A DNA stretch of 64,000 nucleotides from a virus, in IMG/VR virus record IMGVR_UViG_3300045988_033017, positions 54,699-118,698 of that record; one strand, given 5' to 3'. This document shows, in pieces, positions 9,972 to 19,003 of this stretch. Every line of letters starts with the position of its first letter. The stretch's first letter is position 1. The notes beneath the pieces are model-generated. The model was not told the DNA's origin, did no database searches, and saw only the letters and a program-made list of their open reading frames with translations. Both the position numbers and the translations under genes were made by a program.

Positions 9972-11056
9972 TTATGTATTAATTTTAATTACTTGTCTAG
10001 AATAGTCAGGCAAGTCAAGTATTTTATTACTTTGGTCAAATGTAGAAGCTGTATTCTGCAATAGGAGTCTTTTAGTTCCATTCGAACCAATTGCATACCA
10101 ATTTGAATCTACATATATTAAATCAGTAAGAGTATATTCACCTAGTGTAGATGTAGTCCAATTATTACCCCTATCTGTAGACACACTCTTCATATTATTT
10201 CCTATAAGCATAAATGTATTAGTCCCAGCTTCATTTACATACAATCCTTTAGTCAAACCTGTTAGTTGTGGTCTAGTGGTTGCAGCAGTCCATTGAGTTC
10301 CAGTTGGGTTAGTACTAACGTATGTATAATTACTTGTAGTGCTATATACTACACTTCTTGGTGAAGAATGAAACCCTTGTATTACTGCACTTGGTGTAAA
10401 CATTCCAGGAGTATAATAAGTAAGAGAATCTGGTACAGATGTAGCCAAGAAGGTATATATTCTAGCTCCTCCCTGATATGATGCCCCAACACAGCAGTAA
10501 TCATAAGGCCCAGTTGATATGCTACTGACTGGACCTACAACACTACGCTCCTTTACTGTACCGTCATCATACACTATAATAACATAGTTCTTATTGTCTC
10601 CTGCTGCTCCTTTATAAAATACCCAGCCAGTAGAGAATCTAGCCAAGTGAACATAAGCATAAGCTTTTACAGTATCTTTGTATTTTAATTCCCACTGTTT
10701 GGTAGACTGATTAACTACATACAATCCTCCAAGTATAGACAATGCTCCAATTGCTTCACCTTCTCCAGCTATGTATATAAAATCCTCATGGCCGTCTATA
10801 GCTGGAATTTGAGCATAGGTCCCACCGCCAGCAAAGTATAAACTACCTGTCTCCGTATTAATAAGGAATAAGTCTTTATTTACAACTATATCTTCTTCTT
10901 TAACTAATTGATTTGGCTGGTAGTTACTAGACGCAACTACGCTACCCCAGAGACTAACTATGGTTTGGTAGTGAGGACAATACCCCCCCCCTTCCCGTAA
11001 TCTATATTCTTACCTGTTAATTCGTTTAATTTACTTTGTGTTACTATTCTACTCAT
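9972..11056 (-). CDS. BNR/Asp-box repeat protein (putative receptor-binding or glycosidase-like); N-terminal 25 codons separated by a frameshift in a C9 tract
   Basis: ORF track body 9972..10742 contains the Asp-box STDRGNNWT and S/T/G/Y-rich beta-propeller composition. An ATG at 11056 with a 25-codon leader lies in a different frame; one extra C in the C9 run 10983-10991 fuses the leader and body into one protein of about 360 aa. Confidence 0.5.
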
Positions 11057-11318
11057 GATTCTTGTATCGTTCTGTAATATTAACTAAATCTTTGTTGTCA
11101 TGTAATAACTCTAGGAAAGCCTTGTCTACTGCTATATCAAATGCAGTATTAGTAATGATTGGTTCTTTATGCACTCTCTCAATCTCTTCTCTAATCATTT
11201 GTTCAGATAATTGAGTGTATAATCGTCTGGTATAATCATTATACCAAGGCTCTTTAAATGTTACTATAATTTCTTCTCCTGTCATAAATATATTGTCTTT
11301 AGTAATCCAGGTAGGCAA
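11049..11318 (-). CDS. hypothetical protein
   Basis: ORF track 89 aa. Confidence 0.45.
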   Translation of the reverse strand: MPTWITKDNIFMTGEEIIVTFKEPWYNDYTRRLYTQLSEQMIREEIERVHKEPIITNTAFDIAVDKAFLELLHDNKDLVNITERYKNHE

Positions 11319-11388
11319 TACTTCCAGCCTGGATATATGTACGCATTCCTATATAATGCTTCTTCTACTAATTCTACTTCTTGTGTTA

Positions 11389-11700
11389 TCATTGATTAGC
11401 CTTTGCTCTTGCTAAATAGTCTCTAGTTTGCCATCTGCCATCATATTCCATATCCCATGGAGCTACCTTATTTAGTATTTGTAGTAGCTCCTCACCACTT
11501 ATAGAGTCTCTATGTTTGAGTGTATGAAGTATTTCATCCTTAAGGTTTCTAATATAGAAGTCTCTCATATGTATGTTAGCATATAATTCCTTTATATAAT
11601 CCCTCATATACTCTGCTAATTCATAGTCATTAGTCTTTAATAATTCTAGAGCTCTCTGGTCTACATTATCATAATCACCTGGTATCTGTTCTAGTTTCAT
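11389..11700 (-). CDS. hypothetical protein
   Basis: ORF track 103 aa. Confidence 0.45.
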   Translation of the reverse strand: MKLEQIPGDYDNVDQRALELLKTNDYELAEYMRDYIKELYANIHMRDFYIRNLKDEILHTLKHRDSISGEELLQILNKVAPWDMEYDGRWQTRDYLARAKANQ

Positions 11701-12071
11701 TGAAGTTTCTCTAAGTTCTTTACTATCGTGAATAGCTCATCTGGTTCGAATGATGTGATATCATTAATAACATCAACCATATACTCTTTAACTTCATCTA
11801 GAGTCATTATTTTAAATTCGTCCTTAGATAGACCTTTAGTTTTGATAAATTTACTAAATATATCTACAATCTGGGCTAAGTTGTGCTTATCTTGTAAATA
11901 GAACTCACCCCTCTCGGGATGAGATGCTAATTTAAATATATCTGCATTATCTGTAATTACTTGTTCATATTCCTCATCACTAAGAAGATTCATTAACGCT
12001 ACAGCTTTATCATATAGCAATTTAACTTCCTTCTCTTCATACTGCTTATTAATTCTATCAATATGTCTCAT
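11697..12071 (-). CDS. hypothetical acidic protein
   Basis: ORF track 124 aa; overlapping stop/start. Confidence 0.45.
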   Translation of the reverse strand: MRHIDRINKQYEEKEVKLLYDKAVALMNLLSDEEYEQVITDNADIFKLASHPERGEFYLQDKHNLAQIVDIFSKFIKTKGLSKDEFKIMTLDEVKEYMVDVINDITSFEPDELFTIVKNLEKLQ

Positions 12072-12073
12072 TA

Positions 12074-12328
12074 TTAGCGAATGTTATTATAAATGCAAGA
12101 TAGTTGCATTAAATATTCAATACCAGCTCCATTAGCTAGTCCGTCTTGCAATTTATTTAATAATTCTAATTTTACATCTGTTGTTTTATTGTCTAACTTC
12201 ACCCAATTAGTTGCCTTTGATTCATTACATCCTAAATCAGTATTTACTGGACATTCTGACAAACTAGTCTTTAATATTTTTACTTCATCTACTTCTTTAC
12301 TTGTTAAGTCTTTAACTTCTTTAGCCAT
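12074..12328 (-). CDS. hypothetical protein
   Basis: ORF track 84 aa; first gene of the minus-strand unit, diverging from the repeat region. Confidence 0.45.
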   Translation of the reverse strand: MAKEVKDLTSKEVDEVKILKTSLSECPVNTDLGCNESKATNWVKLDNKTTDVKLELLNKLQDGLANGAGIEYLMQLSCIYNNIR

Positions 12329-12460
12329 TGTTATAAATTTTAATTGTTATTAAATTCTGCGATTTAAGTTCGCAAATATATTACTATTTAATTTGACAAT
12401 ACAAAATTAGTTATATATTTCAATATTACCAAATGGTAATATAATTATTAATATATATTA

Positions 12461-12674
12461 TATATTGCCAACTCAAATTCACAGTTAATATTAAGTATAT
12501 TGCCAACTCGGAACTTCATGACGTGCTGTGGCAATCTGCGCCCCTTCGGGGCTTGCTTGCAATTAGTAAGATGAATAGAAATTAATATATATTGCCAACT
12601 CACAAGTACGGGTGCTCAAAATCACACCCCCTCCCACCCCGGGAGTGGGTCATCATATTATATATTGCCAACTC
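12461..12674. repeat. array of four direct repeats TATATTGCCAACTC (12461, 12496, 12588, 12661) interleaved with GC-rich hairpins
   Basis: Exact 14-nt motif repeated 4 times at irregular spacing in a 630-bp non-coding divergent intergenic region; hairpins GCCCC-UUCG-GGGGC and CCCAC...GTGGG lie between copies. Confidence 0.7.
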
Positions 12675-12985
12675 GGATGCTAGGTGAATATTGCAAGATT
12701 TGTGTATATTGCGGATACGACAGTCGTGTTACCCTTCACACCCCTCACCCATGTTTGGAGAAAATCAAAAGATTTATATCATTTGGTTTTGCTTTATAAT
12801 ATTCATTTTAAAATTATTAGAGTTATGTTTACTTATCTTTCAAACGGTTATGTTTTAGTTAATGCTACGCGTTGTATAATCACACGTGAAGAATGTGAAG
12901 AAATTAAAGCAAATCTAATTTAAAAGCTAATCAGAACGGACAAATAAGTCCGTTCTATATTGTTTCACTAATAAATTATTAAACT

Positions 12986-13468
12986 ATGAATTTAGCAGAA
13001 TTACAAGAAGTTAACAAGAAGTTACCGAAAGCAAGCAAAAACGAAATTGCGGCGGCTTTAAACCGTTTGGGTGTGAATCCTGATTCTATCAAGGTAGGCG
13101 ACAAATTGAAATTTCCCGCTGAAATTAACGAATTCAACGGAACAATCACAAAGGGTGTTGTAAATGGCAATACGTTCTTTCAAGTTGCCGTTGAGGTCAA
13201 TGGAGTGGCAAGAAACGTATCTATAAACTCTTTGTTCCGGTCTTTCAACGACCGTGAAAACAACAAGCGTATTACACCGGTTGACATTCTTCCAGAGGCG
13301 GACAAAGACAAATGTATTTTCAATATGTTTGAAAATAAGACAATAGCGGAATGTCTTGCAGATTTACAAGGTACGGAAGTAACCGCAAAGGCAATAGAAA
13401 CGTTTGAAAGCGTAGCAAGGGACGGCAGCCAAATGAACGTAAATGTTATTGCATATTGTAAGGAATAA
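12986..13468 (+). CDS. hypothetical protein (higher GC than neighbours)
   Basis: ORF track 160 aa; uses GCG/CCG/CGT codons that are rare elsewhere in the window. Confidence 0.5.
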   Translation: MNLAELQEVNKKLPKASKNEIAAALNRLGVNPDSIKVGDKLKFPAEINEFNGTITKGVVNGNTFFQVAVEVNGVARNVSINSLFRSFNDRENNKRITPVDILPEADKDKCIFNMFENKTIAECLADLQGTEVTAKAIETFESVARDGSQMNVNVIAYCKE

Positions 13469-13575
13469 CAAAGTACTTCTTATTGAAAGGCACATTTAGA
13501 AAGTCTATTTGTGTCTTTCTTTTTATCATGCTTATTCAGATATATTTGTTAGTATGTAGTTAGCTGAATAGTGAA

Positions 13576-13773
13576 ATGAAAGCGAAGAAATCAAAATTAA
13601 GAACTGTATTTGGACGTAATCGGAACGATGCAATTCATGCAAATAATGGTATAATGTATAAACTGACAAATCCTCTGTTTGAGGAAGCAGTAGGCTATTA
13701 TTTGCTTGAACAAATCTCCACTTGGAGTGGGACGAGATATAAAGTACTAAAGTACGTAGTTCAGACCGTTTGA
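13576..13773 (+). CDS. hypothetical small protein
   Basis: ORF track 65 aa. Confidence 0.35.
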   Translation: MKAKKSKLRTVFGRNRNDAIHANNGIMYKLTNPLFEEAVGYYLLEQISTWSGTRYKVLKYVVQTV

Positions 13774-13865
13774 ATGTGTAAAATGAATATTATTAAGAGT
13801 ATGTAGGTCTGTGATAGATATACATGCTCACCTTTTATTCGAGTTGACAATAATACTATATATTT

Positions 13866-14120
13866 ATGGACTACATCGAAGACGATTTCACAGATGCTCT
13901 GATTGATGCAATTTGTGAGAAATCACCAAGAAACTGGTACACCTTGGTGGGAGAGAACTTTGACCCAGATGAAGAAACAATAGTTAAGGAATCTGACAAT
14001 AAGAAGGACATTGAAGATGCATTTAATGAAAGTAAAGACGACTTTGATTTATTATATGTAGTACTTAATGATGAATCTTATGCGGCATGTTCCAAAGGCT
14101 CTAAACTTATTTGGAAGTAA
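13866..14120 (+). CDS. hypothetical acidic protein
   Basis: ORF track 84 aa. Confidence 0.45.
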   Translation: MDYIEDDFTDALIDAICEKSPRNWYTLVGENFDPDEETIVKESDNKKDIEDAFNESKDDFDLLYVVLNDESYAACSKGSKLIWK

Positions 14121-14137
14121 ATAACGATTAAAACCTC

Positions 14138-14455
14138 ATGGTGTATAGGTTAACCATGCGCACATTTATGGTATTCGAATACGTTCATTCAAGCGGAATT
14201 AAACTACGTCCGGCTAGACCTTTAACTAACAGCATATTATACATTTACAATCCAATTGGCAACGAATGGATGCATTTGTGTAAAGAGGACATACATGGAC
14301 ATCTAGAGCTATTGACATGCTTTAGTAATGGTGCTACTATGTATCAAGTAATTGAAGGTCTTAAGAAGGTAGTAGAGTATTGGGGAGATGACTATCTCGT
14401 AGGTCGTAGAGACTTTTACAAAGAGATTATAGACATCTATTCCTCACACCGATAA
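14138..14455 (+). CDS. hypothetical protein (true start probably the ATG near 14157, after the conserved hairpin)
   Basis: ORF track 105 aa; the annotated start lies inside the conserved TTAAAACCT hairpin motif. Confidence 0.45.
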   Translation: MVYRLTMRTFMVFEYVHSSGIKLRPARPLTNSILYIYNPIGNEWMHLCKEDIHGHLELLTCFSNGATMYQVIEGLKKVVEYWGDDYLVGRRDFYKEIIDIYSSHR

Positions 14456-14716
14456 CATCACAGGGTTTAGCTCTTCTAAGTAGTTGCAAATGCTTAGAAT
14501 CCTTTACATGCAAAACGGACATAATGCATGTATTGCCCAAATTAAGACGTTCCTGTTTCACGCGTTAAAGCAGGAGTCCATTATGGTTGTTTTAATTACA
14601 TTAATCTTTAAGTTTTAAACAGCGTCCTACATTGTTTGTGGGTTTTGGTATGGCTCCTCTGCCAAGTAATGCGTACAAAGAGCCACTAATCAAAAACCTC
14701 ACACTGAATAGGTAAA

Positions 14717-15016
14717 GTGTACATAGTTATGAGTAAATACGATGATTGTCATAGAGTTGACAATAGATATACCACAGCTATAGGAATGAGCGTGTGGAGA
14801 TTCTTCAATGTTGGCAAATATAAGAATCAGAAAGTGAAAGACGTCTGTTACTTCAATCCATTCTATGTAGCATGGTGTCTGGAGAACTGGCAGGGATTCA
14901 GTCTTACTAGCTACGAACGTTCCAATTACATGAAAGGACTGGAACGTCAGTTAGAGAAAGACCCTGAAGACCAAGAACTCATCTTAAAGGTGAGTAGATA
15001 TAAAACCATTGTTTGA
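14717..15016 (+). CDS. hypothetical protein
   Basis: ORF track 99 aa. Confidence 0.45.
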   Translation: MYIVMSKYDDCHRVDNRYTTAIGMSVWRFFNVGKYKNQKVKDVCYFNPFYVAWCLENWQGFSLTSYERSNYMKGLERQLEKDPEDQELILKVSRYKTIV

Positions 15017-15335
15017 TATTTTTACAGAAATGATATAATCTTCCACCATAATGGGTACGCCCGGAGACTAATGCAGAGTATCTTCCTTTAATACTGGAGA
15101 GATGTCTTATCGTGAGATAAGGCAAAGGAGTGTGGCACAGGAAGGTGGATTCCTTTACTTGTAATAATATTTTTGTTCATTTTATTACAGCATATCCTCC
15201 CGTGACGGGAGTGGCATCATGACTAAGCCTTTACGTGGCGATGCTATAAGTAAGTCAATAGACTGAAACTAATTAGTTCTTTATTAACGTTTCACTAAAA
15301 CCTCGTGAGTGTATAGGTAACTCATTAGATTAATT

Positions 15336-16142
15336 ATGAAGACATTAAAATCATCTCTCAAGTTCAGTGTAGTAGAAATCACACCGAAAGATGCAGAAGT
15401 ACTATTGTCAAAGTATTTGCACAATCGGCCTATTTCTAGAGACAATATCAACAAGTATGCTATTCAAATGTCTGAAGGTAAATGGCATTTGAACGGTGAA
15501 GCAATCATTATAAATGATAAAGGTCTTACTGATAACGGCTATCATCGTCTAGCAGCGTGCATACAGGCAGGTGTTCCATTTCAAACTGTGCTCATAGAAG
15601 GTGTTAAACACGAAACTTGGACTACCATAGATACTGGTAAAACAAGAAGTGTAGGTGATGTGTTTGGAATCATGGGCATTACTAATCCTACCCAGAAAGC
15701 TTCCATTGTGGCTAAATATTACGCTTTGACCAAGGGCTTGAAAGGTTTGGCTGATGCTGGCGCTCTTCACAGACTTAGAGGGACTGGTCTGACTCGTCAA
15801 GATTTGTTGAACATGTATAGAAAGCATGAAACTACCTTTGATGAGGTTACAGGACTTGCACTCAAGTACAAGAAGTACACTAAAGGATTACTCCATGCAT
15901 CTATGATTGGTGGTGTAACAGCTTATCTTGTTCTTGATAAGAAGCATAAATTAGATACTCTTGACGACTTCTGGAACAAAGTATCTACAAGCACACTTCC
16001 GTTGTATACGAGTGGTCGTAATCGTTTGCTGTCTGTGCGTGGTCAGGACAAACAAAAGGTTGTGACTGACCTGTGGAATAAATATATCTCTTCTAAAGAG
16101 AACATCCGCGTTAATATCACGTCTGCAATAATCTTTAAGTAA
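15336..16142 (+). CDS. ParB/Srx-like N-terminal domain protein
   Basis: 268 aa; segment KGLTDNGYHRLAACIQAG resembles the ParB-like nuclease / Srx fold GxxRxxA arginine motif. Confidence 0.5.
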   Translation: MKTLKSSLKFSVVEITPKDAEVLLSKYLHNRPISRDNINKYAIQMSEGKWHLNGEAIIINDKGLTDNGYHRLAACIQAGVPFQTVLIEGVKHETWTTIDTGKTRSVGDVFGIMGITNPTQKASIVAKYYALTKGLKGLADAGALHRLRGTGLTRQDLLNMYRKHETTFDEVTGLALKYKKYTKGLLHASMIGGVTAYLVLDKKHKLDTLDDFWNKVSTSTLPLYTSGRNRLLSVRGQDKQKVVTDLWNKYISSKENIRVNITSAIIFK

Positions 16143-16181
16143 CCAAAGGAGTGTGAGATTTCCATATTTTAAAACCTGGCA

Positions 16182-16721
16182 GTGAGTAGGTTAACTGCCA
16201 ACTTATCTATGACTAATGAATTAGCAGAGGAATACAGAGAGCTTAAACGTAACTTAATACCCATATTGTTACAGACATGTGGTAAAGAGCGTTTATGTGA
16301 TGCTGTAGACAAATGGTTATTAGTAAAATCCGGTATCAAAGTAATATCTAAATCATGGTATGAAGGTGGATTGCCTGGTAAAGAGTATGTGGTAATTAAG
16401 GATACTTCAGTACTTGCCAGCTATCCCTCTAAAGGTGCTAATTATGAACATCGTCTTGCGAGGTATAGAGCCTACACTAAGGCATTTAACCATGTAAGAG
16501 AAGAAGGAATACCTTTGGCTCCTATACAGGTTGATAAATTTACCAAAGTACTTGTCAATGGAGTAACACTATGCCTTATCGGAACTTTTGAAGGTAAATC
16601 AGAGAATGACTTTATCAAAGAGATATCTGGTAAGGTTTACGTAAAGGCAGGTACTGATTCGGTAGATGTTATTAATCTACAAACTAGAAGAACTAAAAGA
16701 TATAAAGTTCAGTACACATGA
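16182..16721 (+). CDS. hypothetical protein (start probably the ATG near 16209)
   Basis: ORF track 179 aa; the annotated start lies inside the conserved hairpin motif. Confidence 0.45.
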   Translation: MSRLTANLSMTNELAEEYRELKRNLIPILLQTCGKERLCDAVDKWLLVKSGIKVISKSWYEGGLPGKEYVVIKDTSVLASYPSKGANYEHRLARYRAYTKAFNHVREEGIPLAPIQVDKFTKVLVNGVTLCLIGTFEGKSENDFIKEISGKVYVKAGTDSVDVINLQTRRTKRYKVQYT

Positions 16722-17062
16722 AACTATACTTTAACTATACACAGAACTTCATCCTTGCAGATTGTGAGGGTGAGGTTATTGATATGAGAACTGGCCAGCC
16801 TTCTGATGCCAAACTACAATCTCATCTTAATAGCTACAAAGATGAAACTACATCTAAGTGGATTCCTATTAAGGACTTAGGAGATTTGTATGATATGTCA
16901 GATAGTGATGTGACAGTTTCTGGCAGCTTAATCACGATGTCCATTGACGGACATAAGGTTACAGCTAGACATAAGGTGTCAGCAGGAGTTAATTATGTAC
17001 AACTGACTGGACACTTCCCTCGCTACTTCTGGAAAGGATTTGCTAACTTATTAACTAAGTAA
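16718..17062 (+). CDS. hypothetical protein
   Basis: ORF track 114 aa. Confidence 0.45.
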   Translation: MKLYFNYTQNFILADCEGEVIDMRTGQPSDAKLQSHLNSYKDETTSKWIPIKDLGDLYDMSDSDVTVSGSLITMSIDGHKVTARHKVSAGVNYVQLTGHFPRYFWKGFANLLTK

Positions 17063-17064
17063 CA

Positions 17065-17298
17065 ATGTTATCGCAGATACAATTTAGGAAACAGAGAATA
17101 CCATGTACTCTCAATCATCAATCTGTTACTTCTCGTGAAGGTAAATTGCTTCTTGGGTTTGGAACTAACCAGCCCATGATGCAGCAAGCCGAAAGACAAA
17201 TTGCTAAACATCAGGTTCCTTATGAGACATCTGATTTAAACGGCATGCTTTCAATCATTATCGATTATTCTATTATCAGCAGTGTAACAACAATCTAA
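17065..17298 (+). CDS. hypothetical protein
   Basis: ORF track 77 aa. Confidence 0.35.
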   Translation: MLSQIQFRKQRIPCTLNHQSVTSREGKLLLGFGTNQPMMQQAERQIAKHQVPYETSDLNGMLSIIIDYSIISSVTTI

Positions 17299-17308
17299 CC
17301 TTTAAACA

Positions 17309-17551
17309 ATGGATATAAAGAACAGCCCTATAGTTAAACATGCAATTAACAATGACAAATCTCTTCTTCCCGGAATCATCGCTTACAGCTGCAAAGAAGC
17401 TATGGTAATGGCTAAGAGAGAATGCGGTGATTTTATAGACTTCGCCAAGGAGTGGATACAGTCCTCCAAACAGCTTTGCGAAGAAGAGAACATTCCATGG
17501 GAACAGATTAGGACAGCAACTGGAGATTCTATTGATAATTATATATCATAA
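17309..17551 (+). CDS. hypothetical protein
   Basis: ORF track 80 aa. Confidence 0.4.
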   Translation: MDIKNSPIVKHAINNDKSLLPGIIAYSCKEAMVMAKRECGDFIDFAKEWIQSSKQLCEEENIPWEQIRTATGDSIDNYIS

Positions 17552-17568
17552 TCTCCTTTCCGTCTAAA

Positions 17569-17643
17569 AGAGAGTCTGATGAGTCGTTGAAAATTACGAC
17601 GAAACTTCACTGTGATTTGGCACGTCACGGTGGAGTCACTCTT
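17569..17643 (+). ncRNA. type I hammerhead self-cleaving ribozyme (predicted cleavage between 17637 and 17638, GUC|A)
   Basis: Stem I GAGAGU/ACUCUU; CUGAUGA core; stem II GUCGU-UGAAAAUU-ACGAC (G10.1-C11.1); GAAA; stem III CUUCAC...GUGGAG closing with the A15.1-U16.1 pair; all invariant core nucleotides present. Confidence 0.8.
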
Positions 17644-17661
17644 AACCAATATTAGTAATTA

Positions 17662-17832
17662 TGAAACTCACTAAGAATAAGAAAGACAATATAATAATTA
17701 GTTCTGCCATTGGAGCATTAGTAATTATTAATATCATGTTACCCACAGCTGGCGATTTTACATATGTAATCGGAGCTATAGGTATTGTTGCGGCCATAGG
17801 AGTCTGGTTCTTACCAGATTAATCAAATAATT
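17662..17832 (+). CDS. small hydrophobic membrane peptide (56 aa), not in ORF track
   Basis: ATG at 17662; MKLTKNKKDNIIISSAIGALVIINIMLPTAGDFTYVIGAIGIVAAIGVWFLPD; two TM-like segments; immediately downstream of the ribozyme. Confidence 0.4.
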
Positions 17833-17863
17833 AATAAATCAAACTCTTTAAATTTAGAAGGAA

Positions 17864-18487
17864 ATGAAGAAATTACAAGAACGCCTGAAAGCTGGTATTG
17901 ATTTCAATCCAAAGAAAGACCCATGCTATGATTCTATCGTAGAAGAAGCTGAAACTATTCTTGGGCATGTGCTCGATGCCGCTGAAGGCAAAGAAGTTCC
18001 TTACAAGAATTTCACTGTTGGTGGCGGTTATGACGAAAGGGAAGACCGTGAAATCGTCATTGTTCGTGGCGACGGTGAAGACTTGCTCGTTATGGAAGTT
18101 AAAGACGAATCTATTCGTGTTCAACCTCATGAACGTCATGCTGTCACTCTGAATGAGGATGACGAAGCTTCTGCCCGTGAAATCTTTGACATTCTTATGA
18201 AAATGAGAGACCAAAGACAAGGCTCTACATTTAAAGTCGAAGAAGGCAAAAAAGCTTTGTTTGAGTTTCTGAAGGATATATCTAAGGCTATCGGTGCTGA
18301 TGTTGAAGGTGTTGAAACGCCAGAAGAGCTATTAAAAGCTCTCAAGGCTAGAGAAGAAGGCAATGAAGGAGCCATAGAAGATTTGATGCGTGAACAACGC
18401 ATTCATCTTACTATGCACATGCTTGACTGTTCCCGTGAGAAGGCAGAGAAGATTGTAAAGAACTTTGAAGAAGCTGTGAAGCGTTAA
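17864..18487 (+). CDS. hypothetical acidic protein (locally higher GC)
   Basis: ORF track 207 aa; strongly acidic. Confidence 0.5.
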   Translation: MKKLQERLKAGIDFNPKKDPCYDSIVEEAETILGHVLDAAEGKEVPYKNFTVGGGYDEREDREIVIVRGDGEDLLVMEVKDESIRVQPHERHAVTLNEDDEASAREIFDILMKMRDQRQGSTFKVEEGKKALFEFLKDISKAIGADVEGVETPEELLKALKAREEGNEGAIEDLMREQRIHLTMHMLDCSREKAEKIVKNFEEAVKR

Positions 18488-18497
18488 TAATGCCAAG

Positions 18498-18571
18498 AGA
18501 GGATTAGTTTAATGGTAGAAGGCTAGTTGCGAACTGGCGGAGGGAGTTCGAATCTCCCATCCTCTCCAATC
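18498..18571 (+). tRNA. tRNA, anticodon loop UUGCGAA (GCG, Arg?), non-canonical D-arm
   Basis: Acceptor AGAGGAT/ATCCTCT, T-arm GGGAG-TTCGAAT-CTCCC, anticodon stem GCTAG/CTGGC; only 69-70 nt. Confidence 0.45.
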
Positions 18572-18649
18572 ATTTTAAAGTTTTGTTTTGTATTTTGAGT
18601 TTGCCCAGCCATGTTGTGAAACACACTTGGGCTTTTAATTAATAAGTGT

Positions 18650-19003
18650 ATGAATCAGAATGCAGTTAATTCTTTAAGGAATGCCAAGAGGCATATTCTT
18701 ATTAGCGATGTTGATAAGTTCAATAGCCATTTATTGTATTACATATTAAATGTTATATATGGAACACATGACCATATTAAATTAAATACGATACGTGAAA
18801 GACTTGAACGTGAGCTTAAATGGTCATTGGACGAGCATATTCCTGATAAGGATGTAATTAGAGAATGGCTTGACAATGATTACCCTCTTATATGCATAAC
18901 AGAGTTATCGTTTGACAGTTGTATTAAACTTGCCAACGATTTCCCAGATTATGAAATTGTAGTTTATAGTTGGATGAAACATGAAGGAAACTTACCATTT
19001 TAA
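18650..19003 (+). CDS. hypothetical protein
   Basis: ORF track 117 aa. Confidence 0.45.
   Translation: MNQNAVNSLRNAKRHILISDVDKFNSHLLYYILNVIYGTHDHIKLNTIRERLERELKWSLDEHIPDKDVIREWLDNDYPLICITELSFDSCIKLANDFPDYEIVVYSWMKHEGNLPF

Noticed and set aside
12461-12674. Direct repeat array considered as a CRISPR array
   Set aside because: Repeats are only 14 nt with irregular 21-78 nt spacers, have no leader or cas context, and look like promoter or iteron repeats instead.
13843-13848. TTGACA hexamer upstream of ORF 13866 (also at 14757) as a sigma70 -35 box
   Set aside because: No properly spaced TATAAT-like -10 element; the recurring GAGTTGACAATA may be a phage-specific motif but cannot be called a promoter from sequence alone.
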